IMG/VR virus record: IMGVR_UViG_3300017912_003218
Coordinates: 1 to 27,153 of that record
Source of the DNA: a virus
Lineage: Duplodnaviria > Caudoviricetes
Strand: one strand, 5' to 3'
DNA length: 27,153 nucleotides
Shown: positions 19,377-24,545 of the stretch, piece by piece
How positions within the stretch are numbered: position 1 is the first letter of the stretch
Layout of the letters: the number at the start of each line of letters is the position of its first letter
The notes under the pieces: model-generated
Told to the model about the DNA's origin: nothing
What the model saw: only the letters and a program-made list of their open reading frames with translations
The model's database searches: none
Program-made: the position numbers and the translations under genes

Positions 19377-19431
19377 AAAAAAACTGATAATTTTGTGTTG
19401 TCAATCCCTGGAAAAACTTATGAGCGCCCCC

Positions 19432-19460
19432 TTGACATTTCTGCGAGTGTGTGATAAACT
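19432..19460 (+). promoter_or_regulatory. Plus-strand sigma70 promoter TTGACA-N17-(TGa)TAAACT
   Basis: TTGACA 19432-19437, TAAACT 19455-19460 with TG at 19452-19453; divergent from the minus-strand promoters. Confidence 0.7.
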
Positions 19461-19466
19461 GCGGGC

Positions 19467-19645
19467 AAAGATAACAAGACCTAGACACATTTAATTGAGA
19501 ATAAAAAGACCCTCAAAGTAACTCTGAAGACACTCCAGATACCCCCTTGAGTACATCTAAATCACATATTCTCAACAACGACATAAACAACGCATATACA
19601 TTTTTAATTACATTTTTTATTCAATCTTTTATATTGAGTAATAAA
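19467..19645 (+). ncRNA. Putative structured non-coding RNA / primer transcript
   Basis: Downstream of the + promoter, no credible ORF; stems TTGAGAATA(19495-503)/TATTCTCAA(19567-75) and CTCAA/TTGAG; ends near an AT-rich hairpin at 19613-19648; boundaries approximate. Confidence 0.35.
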
Positions 19646-19669
19646 AAAGGGAGGAGATGTATCCCCCCT
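19643..19669 (-). terminator. Intrinsic terminator
   Basis: AGGGGGGA-UACAUC-UCCUCCCU followed by a U run on the minus strand, downstream of the early small-ORF operon. Confidence 0.7.
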
Positions 19670-19725
19670 CAGTTACACTTTCCGAAGGAAAGTTTATCCC
19701 TTCGGTATCACTCTCAGACAACAAA

Positions 19726-19869
19726 TCAACGACTAATTGATGCAAAATACTCTGCACAATCGTTGATATTTTCCTGGGTAATATCCTCTACGATAACATC
19801 AAGGATTTGAAGAATCTCATTTCCAGTGTTACCAACGCGGAGCATACCAAGTGCAGTTGAACGGGTCAT
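19726..19869 (-). CDS. Hypothetical protein, 47 aa (not in ORF track)
   Basis: MTRSTALGMLRVGNTGNEILQILDVIVEDITQENINDCAEYFASISR*. Confidence 0.7.
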   Translation of the reverse strand: MTRSTALGMLRVGNTGNEILQILDVIVEDITQENINDCAEYFASISR

Positions 19870-19960
19870 AATAACGAAAGAAAGTGTTAGTTTGGTTGGT
19901 TTAATACTGGGTCTTACGCTTAATACTGTGCAGCCCAGATTGTTACTTAGTGAGTAAGAT

Positions 19961-20122
19961 TCAATCTAAAAAACTATCAATCATCTCACCAATCGTTTGT
20001 GATTTAGTGTTACTGGGTTCAATGAAATCACTTGCTGATTGTAGTGCATCAGATGTGAAAGTTCTTGCATTAGGTGATTGCCAGAGGAGAACACCGATGA
20101 TAGCAACAAGGACGATTTTCAT
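19961..20122 (-). CDS. Small membrane-anchored/secreted protein, 53 aa (not in ORF track)
   Basis: MKIVLVAIIGVLLWQSPNARTFTSDALQSASDFIEPSNTKSQTIGEMIDSFLD*; N-terminal hydrophobic segment. Confidence 0.7.
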   Translation of the reverse strand: MKIVLVAIIGVLLWQSPNARTFTSDALQSASDFIEPSNTKSQTIGEMIDSFLD

Positions 20123-20190
20123 GATTGAGTGATAAGAATGAGTGAGGTGATTATAGAGGGGTTAGTTATACTTTCCCCTCTATGATTACG

Positions 20191-20541
20191 TCAGGCAAAG
20201 ATGAAACCATTGGAGAAATCTTCAACGTTGAAAACTTTACCAGTGATGGAAGATTCGGCAACAAACTTACGAACGAACCATTGAAAGTTTTTCTGAAAAA
20301 CACCTTCGCCAGCAATACAGAACTCATCGCAAAGTGCATTAAGACGAGATTTTGTGGTGTTAGTTTGCCAACCACCGTCGAAGATTGTCATGGAGTTGTC
20401 ATCAATCTCAGCAATTTTGTTACCGTGAAGACGAACAATAGAAACACCAGTATCAGGATCAAAGTGAACAGAAGTGTTACCAGATTGCCAGTTCTTGTTA
20501 GACTGAACAGCGGCACACATTTGCTTTTCGATCTTACGCAT
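20191..20541 (-). CDS. Phage early hypothetical protein, 116 aa
   Basis: LHGNKIAEI, DGGWQTNTTKSRLNAL, GVFQKNFQWF motifs; first gene after a promoter cassette. Confidence 0.85.
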   Translation of the reverse strand: MRKIEKQMCAAVQSNKNWQSGNTSVHFDPDTGVSIVRLHGNKIAEIDDNSMTIFDGGWQTNTTKSRLNALCDEFCIAGEGVFQKNFQWFVRKFVAESSITGKVFNVEDFSNGFIFA

Positions 20542-20591
20542 GTTTGGTGAAGTTAGTGAAGTGAAGTGGGTGGTGTCCCTCCCATGAACCT

Positions 20592-20649
20592 AATATAAGG
20601 CATCAGGGGGGCAGTGGGGGGTTTTGTGGACACTTAGTTGGGTGGCACA
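20592..20649 (-). promoter_or_regulatory. Early promoter cassette: upstream box, 28 bp, then TATATT
   Basis: TGTGCCACCCAACTAAGTGTCCAC (20626-20649), -10 TATATT at 20592-20597, CCCCCA at the -35 position. Confidence 0.7.
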
Positions 20650-20702
20650 GGTCTTCTTTATACTTTGATGCCGGACTCTCGCTAACACTCGATCTGACAA
20701 TT

Positions 20703-20984
20703 TCACACCAATTCTTGTTGTTGTTGCATCATTTGCTCTTCAGTTACTTCATCAACACATTCTTGAATCACAGTGTAAATGTAATCAATGTTGCCAACAT
20801 CATCAAAGATACGATCAAGAACTTCAGGATCTTCTACCACATTATCATAATCAAACTCACCATTTTCATCCTTCAAATGACAATCTTCCTTGGTATAAAT
20901 CCATGCCGCACAATGTGCATTTTCGCCCTGAACTTCGATCAGTTTGTTGACTCGTTCTTGCAGTTGTTTGAGAGTGTAGTTCAT
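20703..20984 (-). CDS. Hypothetical protein, 93 aa
   Basis: ORF translationally coupled (TGATG) with the upstream ORF. Confidence 0.8.
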   Translation of the reverse strand: MNYTLKQLQERVNKLIEVQGENAHCAAWIYTKEDCHLKDENGEFDYDNVVEDPEVLDRIFDDVGNIDYIYTVIQECVDEVTEEQMMQQQQELV

Positions 20985-21175
20985 CAGGAATCGAGAAGAA
21001 TAATGTCGTAAGATGTAAAGTCAGGATAGCACTTTTCTACCCATTTTGATAACTTATTGTTCTGTGATTTGATGCCCTTTTGTGTTGTCGGACGTGTGGG
21101 CATTGTTTTTAGAAAAGACGTAAATCCTCCTGGTTCTGTAACTTGAATCGAATAAGTTGCTGTTGTTGTGTTCAT
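20984..21175 (-). CDS. Hypothetical protein, 63 aa
   Basis: Tightly packed minus-strand ORF within the operon. Confidence 0.75.
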   Translation of the reverse strand: MNTTTATYSIQVTEPGGFTSFLKTMPTRPTTQKGIKSQNNKLSKWVEKCYPDFTSYDIILLDS

Positions 21176-21187
21176 TCAGAGGTGAAA

Positions 21188-21370
21188 TCAGTTGTTTTTA
21201 GTCAATTCAAAGATTTTAGCAATCTTTGCTTGAACATTGTTGGCAATAATCTCATCCATTCCACCATGGAAATCACCATAATCTTTCATAGCTAAAGTAA
21301 TAGCATCCCACTCAGCTCCTGTAAACAGTTGTTTGTAAACAGCGGCGGAAGTTGCTTGAGAGTTGAGCAT
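21188..21370 (-). CDS. Hypothetical protein, 60 aa
   Basis: First ORF after a promoter cassette; FTxxxxxxIxxAxxDY motif. Confidence 0.75.
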   Translation of the reverse strand: MLNSQATSAAVYKQLFTGAEWDAITLAMKDYGDFHGGMDEIIANNVQAKIAKIFELTKNN

Positions 21371-21398
21371 CTGTGAGGTGTGTTCCTTTGACTCTTAT

Positions 21399-21455
21399 AG
21401 AATACAGGAAAACGGGGGCATCTCAACCAGTATTGTGCCACCTTGTCAACTGGTT
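21399..21455 (-). promoter_or_regulatory. Early promoter cassette: box plus TTGAGA-N16-TATTCT
   Basis: AACCAGTTGACAAGGTGGCACA (21434-21455); shared leader AAGAGTCAAAGGA. Confidence 0.7.
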
Positions 21456-21456
21456 T

Positions 21457-21663
21457 TTAAGCTTTACTTTCCTCCAAAAGCTCAGGATAATAATCCTCTA
21501 CCTCTGTAATAAGTTCATCAACAGAATACTTATCAAGATGATCTGTCAAATTGTCATAAACATATTGATACATCGTTTTGTGATCCATTCCATCAATAAT
21601 CGACTCAATATATGCCTCTTGAAGTTGATCGCGGTTGATGATGTTTTCTTGAGTCATTGTCAT
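21457..21663 (-). CDS. Hypothetical acidic protein, 68 aa
   Basis: ATGA overlap with the upstream ORF; IIDGMD..., EDYYPELL. Confidence 0.8.
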   Translation of the reverse strand: MTMTQENIINRDQLQEAYIESIIDGMDHKTMYQYVYDNLTDHLDKYSVDELITEVEDYYPELLEESKA

Positions 21664-21908
21664 TTAATGGGAAAGTTTTTGCAGACGGAATCGCACAGAA
21701 CTTTTACGAGTTCAGGATCATATTCGATTCCATATTCTTGGAAATACTCATCAACAATAGAATCAATGTCTTCCATTAGTTGTTCTCGGGCAGTCAGCAT
21801 TTCAAGATCAGGTTCAACATCATCCACAGGCATTGGAGGATTATCAATGCCAGGATCAAAAAGTTCGTTGCTCATTTTGTTGTGAAGATAAGATTTGATA
21901 AGTGACAT
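21660..21908 (-). CDS. Hypothetical acidic protein, 82 aa
   Basis: REQLMEDID...LCDSVCKNFP; packed in the operon. Confidence 0.78.
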   Translation of the reverse strand: MSLIKSYLHNKMSNELFDPGIDNPPMPVDDVEPDLEMLTAREQLMEDIDSIVDEYFQEYGIEYDPELVKVLCDSVCKNFPIK

Positions 21909-21912
21909 AAAC

Positions 21913-22140
21913 TCAGCAACATGCGGGGAAGTATTGTTGTGGTTCAGTCAGGAAATCTGTCACCTGATAACCATGAATGTCCAGACGAGAATTGACAGTT
22001 TCAATCATCTCTTTCTTGGAGAACAATCGCATGGATTGAGCTTCATCTTTGAACTTCAAAGTGTAAACAAACTTATCAGTCAGGATGGCATGAGGGCGAA
22101 ACTCAACAACCATGGAATGACGCTTTGAAGTGAGTTGCAT
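21913..22140 (-). CDS. Hypothetical protein, 75 aa
   Basis: Start corrected to MQLTSKRH at 22140, downstream of the promoter cassette. Confidence 0.75.
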   Translation of the reverse strand: MQLTSKRHSMVVEFRPHAILTDKFVYTLKFKDEAQSMRLFSKKEMIETVNSRLDIHGYQVTDFLTEPQQYFPACC

Positions 22141-22154
22141 GAGGTGAAATCCCT

Positions 22155-22224
22155 TTGACTCTTTTAATATACAGGTTTTAGGTGCCAATGGGGAGAATGG
22201 TGGACACTTTGACCAACTGGCACA
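22155..22224 (-). promoter_or_regulatory. Early promoter cassette: box, 28 bp, TATATT, leader
   Basis: TGTGCCAGTTGGTCAAAGTGTCCAC (22200-22224), -10 at 22166-22171; near-duplicate of 24287-24357. Confidence 0.8.
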
Positions 22225-22239
22225 AGGGTTATTGATTAT

Positions 22240-22262
22240 AAAAAAGGCAGGATTAACCTGCC
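22240..22262 (-). terminator. Intrinsic terminator overlapping the HicA-like stop
   Basis: GGCAGG-TTAAT-CCTGCC-TTTTTT. Confidence 0.8.
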
Positions 22263-22441
22263 AATTTGTATCGTTCAATGTCACGAAGTGCCTGTTTCCA
22301 AGCATAACGATCAGATGGAGTTTTGGACGTTGATAACTTTTTTCTAGTTACAGAATGAACATAAATCCTGTGCTTTCCTGTCTCTCGGTATACTTCAAAA
22401 CCAAGATTTTTAAGGTGCTTTTGTAACTCTTTGGGTTTCAT
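22253..22441 (-). CDS. hicA: HicA-like mRNA interferase (orphan), 62 aa
   Basis: MKPKELQKHLKNLGFEVYRETGKHRIYVH matches the HicA pattern helix-GF-R-GxH; basic, about 60 aa. Confidence 0.65.
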   Translation of the reverse strand: MKPKELQKHLKNLGFEVYRETGKHRIYVHSVTRKKLSTSKTPSDRYAWKQALRDIERYKLAG

Positions 22442-22444
22442 AAT

Positions 22445-22476
22445 AAAAAAAGAGATCTACCTTAACGGCAGATCTC
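22445..22476 (-). terminator. Intrinsic terminator immediately upstream of the HicA-like ATG
   Basis: GAGATCTGCC-GTTAA-GGTAGATCTC-TTTTTTT, 10-bp stem with one G-U pair. Confidence 0.85.
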
Positions 22477-22484
22477 AAAGCATT

Positions 22485-22670
22485 TCAGGCAGTAGCAAAC
22501 TGCTCAGTTTTGTTCATAATCCAGGCGAGTTCTTCAATGGATTCACAAGTTTCATTCAGAATCTCGTAAAATTCCATGTCAATCTCGCCACGATTGTAAA
22601 GAATCTTTAACATCGTGGGAAGGTCTGCATCCGTCAGGGTTTGACGGGATTCCCAGAACTTGAGACGCAT
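22485..22670 (-). CDS. Hypothetical protein, 61 aa
   Basis: ORF between the NtcA-type promoter and the terminator. Confidence 0.72.
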   Translation of the reverse strand: MRLKFWESRQTLTDADLPTMLKILYNRGEIDMEFYEILNETCESIEELAWIMNKTEQFATA

Positions 22671-22721
22671 AGGATTCGATTGTTAAGGTGCGTTGCGGGC
22701 GGGTCTCCCCTCCACTCCTAT

Positions 22722-22763
22722 AAGATACCGCACCACAAAACCCCGTGCGGTATCGGTTGATAC
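22722..22763 (-). promoter_or_regulatory. NtcA-type promoter GTA-N8-TAC-N22-TAN3T
   Basis: GTATCAACCGATAC (22750-22763), exactly 22 bp, then TATCTT (22722-22727); no -35 consensus. Confidence 0.7.
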
Positions 22764-22778
22764 AAAACGGAGAATCTC

Positions 22779-22960
22779 TTTGAGTCTCTTGCGACTCTAC
22801 CTAGGGGCAGAGTCAGGGGCAGAGTGACGAGACTCAGACTAGACTCAAACTGCCCCAGTGATAGCAAGGGTTCTCAAAGTATAAACAATGGATTTTCCTG
22901 CATTTTGGTTCGGGACGGGTGCTAGATCATCAGCAACGCTCCCGACACAGGAAAAACCAA
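22779..22960. other. Structured non-coding element (nested inverted and direct repeats)
   Basis: TTTGAGTCT/AGACTCAAA, TGAGTCTC/GAGACTCA, two copies of AGGGGCAGAGT, TTTTCCTG/CAGGAAAA, TCGGGA/TCCCGA. Confidence 0.5.
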
Positions 22961-22965
22961 AGTTA

Positions 22966-23175
22966 TCAATTAAGACAGTATTCTTCGTAATTTTCAATAC
23001 TACCAAACTCTTCCAAAAAGTAATCCAAAGTAAGATTTTGCTCCTTACAAAATGATACTATTTCAGCATAATCTTCCTTACAATGAAATACTGCTTCGTG
23101 CCAATCTGTCTCAACTGAGAATAACTCAGAAGAACGATCTTCAGTGATAATACCGAAACGGGGAAAGTTCATCAT
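22966..23175 (-). CDS. Hypothetical acidic protein, 69 aa
   Basis: GGAGG SD in the upstream gene's last codons; FCKEQNLTLDYFLEEF. Confidence 0.78.
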   Translation of the reverse strand: MMNFPRFGIITEDRSSELFSVETDWHEAVFHCKEDYAEIVSFCKEQNLTLDYFLEEFGSIENYEEYCLN

Positions 23176-23322
23176 TTAACCTCCAACAATAGGGTTGACA
23201 CCGATTACTTTTGCCCTAGGATTACGGGCAGTTGCTGTTTCTCTTGCATCACGATAGTTGCTGGCATAAACTTCCTCTGTGAAAACTTTGCCACCAACGT
23301 AAAGCTTTACTTCCCATTTCAT
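23176..23322 (-). CDS. Small cyanophage-type protein, 48 aa (not in ORF track)
   Basis: MKWEVKLYVGGKVFTEEVYASNYRDARETATARNPRAKVIGVNPIVGG*; stop abuts the next ATG. Confidence 0.82.
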   Translation of the reverse strand: MKWEVKLYVGGKVFTEEVYASNYRDARETATARNPRAKVIGVNPIVGG

Positions 23323-23324
23323 AA

Positions 23325-23492
23325 TTAAAAAATGTTAGTCCAACGAGTGTGATTTGCTTTGGTGATTCTACCTTCGTTCAGCATGTTGTCACATACTCTA
23401 ACAAAGACTTCAAACTTTTGCTCTCTGGTGAGAGTATCTGCACCGTCGCAATTTTTCATCACACGGAGCATTTGTGCTTTGGATCGAATCAT
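23325..23492 (-). CDS. Hypothetical protein, 55 aa (not in ORF track)
   Basis: MIRSKAQMLRVMKNCDGADTLTREQKFEVFVRVCDNMLNEGRITKANHTRWTNIF*; ATGA overlap. Confidence 0.78.
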   Translation of the reverse strand: MIRSKAQMLRVMKNCDGADTLTREQKFEVFVRVCDNMLNEGRITKANHTRWTNIF

Positions 23493-23626
23493 TTTTTGCT
23501 CAGAAAGTGTGCTTTAATAATGTCTAGAATCTCGCCACATTCATCTGCGGCATCTTCATCAATCAGAACAGCATAATCCTCAACAGCATCAGCAATCAGT
23601 TCTAATTGTCGGTCGGTAAATGTCAT
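23489..23626 (-). CDS. Hypothetical acidic protein, 45 aa (not in ORF track)
   Basis: MTFTDRQLELIADAVEDYAVLIDEDAADECGEILDIIKAHFLSKK*; ATGA overlaps at both ends. Confidence 0.78.
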   Translation of the reverse strand: MTFTDRQLELIADAVEDYAVLIDEDAADECGEILDIIKAHFLSKK

Positions 23627-23883
23627 TTTAGAACGTGACGATAATCAATGGATTTGATACACCAACCGGTTGCAGATGTAATCTCTTCGATGAGATCATC
23701 TTCATCAACTGCTTCCCAAATTGTTTCTAATGTTTCATCAATAATTGACTGAAAATATCCTGGTTCCTTATCATAAGAAGCAGAATCATCAAAATCAAAA
23801 TCAATTTGTGTGACTTGAAATTGCATCGGTTTGTAGATAGAAAGTTTACGGAGTTGACGATTAGTGTCAGAGAACATAATCAA
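23623..23883 (-). CDS. Hypothetical protein, 86 aa
   Basis: WEAVDEDDLIEEITSATGWCIKSIDYRHVL; coupled with neighbours; exact start uncertain. Confidence 0.75.
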   Translation of the reverse strand: MIMFSDTNRQLRKLSIYKPMQFQVTQIDFDFDDSASYDKEPGYFQSIIDETLETIWEAVDEDDLIEEITSATGWCIKSIDYRHVLK

Positions 23884-24275
23884 AGATAAAGAAAAGAACC
23901 GTAAGGGTCACAAATGTGAGGATTATCTGCTAACTGAGTGATCAGATAACGGACACCTTTTGCAGGTGCTTTATATGATGCAGGTTTGTAACATTCACCA
24001 GAGTTCTTATCAACAAACATCCAGCAAGAACGTCCCTTGATTCTTGCATCACCGAAATTACCATCCTTAAGATAAGACCAAACTTTGATATATTTGCGAC
24101 CAACTTCATACTCAAGTTGAGTATAAACAGAATGACCAGATTCAATAGAATCAACCTTCCACTGATTGTTAAGAACTTCGATCAAACATTCAGTGAGATA
24201 TTCTGCCTTAAATTGAGGAGCACAGAAAGTCATGATGTTGCGAATGTGAGTGGGGTTTGAGTAAACTGCTGTCAT
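23880..24275 (-). CDS. Phage early hypothetical protein, 131 aa
   Basis: GRKYIKV...FVDKNSGECYKPASYKAPAKGVRY motif typical of large myoviruses; first gene after a cassette. Confidence 0.85.
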   Translation of the reverse strand: MTAVYSNPTHIRNIMTFCAPQFKAEYLTECLIEVLNNQWKVDSIESGHSVYTQLEYEVGRKYIKVWSYLKDGNFGDARIKGRSCWMFVDKNSGECYKPASYKAPAKGVRYLITQLADNPHICDPYGSFLYL

Positions 24276-24286
24276 GGTGCGTTCCC

Positions 24287-24357
24287 TTGACTCTTTTAAT
24301 ATACACGGAAACGATGCCCGTGGGGAGAATGGTGGACAGTTCTCTCAACCGTCCACC
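24287..24357 (-). promoter_or_regulatory. Early promoter cassette: palindromic box, 28 bp, TATATT, leader
   Basis: GGTGGACAGTT-ctctc-AACCGTCCACC (24331-24357), -10 at 24298-24303. Confidence 0.8.
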
Positions 24358-24545
24358 CCCTCCCGCATTTGTTTAACAATTTTGCTTAAATCGTTTGCTA
24401 CATCAATCATCGCAGACCGCGAATATCCTGTGGCATAGGGATAACCTTGGTCCTCAATCTCAGGTGCTTCGTAACAAACATTGATCGCATTATTCAAACG
24501 ATCAATTAACATTACCAGTTGATTATCAATAGTAAAAGTGTTCAT
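24345..24545 (-). CDS. Hypothetical protein, ~66 aa
   Basis: Likely start MNTFTID via TGATG overlap; YPYATGYSRSAM motif. Confidence 0.75.
   Translation of the reverse strand: MNTFTIDNQLVMLIDRLNNAINVCYEAPEIEDQGYPYATGYSRSAMIDVANDLSKIVKQMREGVDG

Noticed and set aside
19399-19404. Additional minus-strand TTGACA
   Set aside because: No -10 element at 16-18 bp spacing (poly-T there)
19547-19810. Plus-strand 87-aa ORF downstream of the plus promoter
   Set aside because: TTG start without SD, runs through terminator hairpins and overlaps the 47-aa minus-strand gene; not fully excluded
22141-22305. N-terminal extension of ORF 21913-22305
   Set aside because: Spans a terminator, a promoter cassette and the HicA-like gene; the real start is at 22140
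22779-22960. tRNA gene in the structured intergenic region
   Set aside because: No cloverleaf with a T-loop (TTCRA) and matching acceptor stem found
23325-23492. NblA similarity from LTREQKF
   Set aside because: Only a short match; the downstream sequence lacks the NblA second-helix pattern
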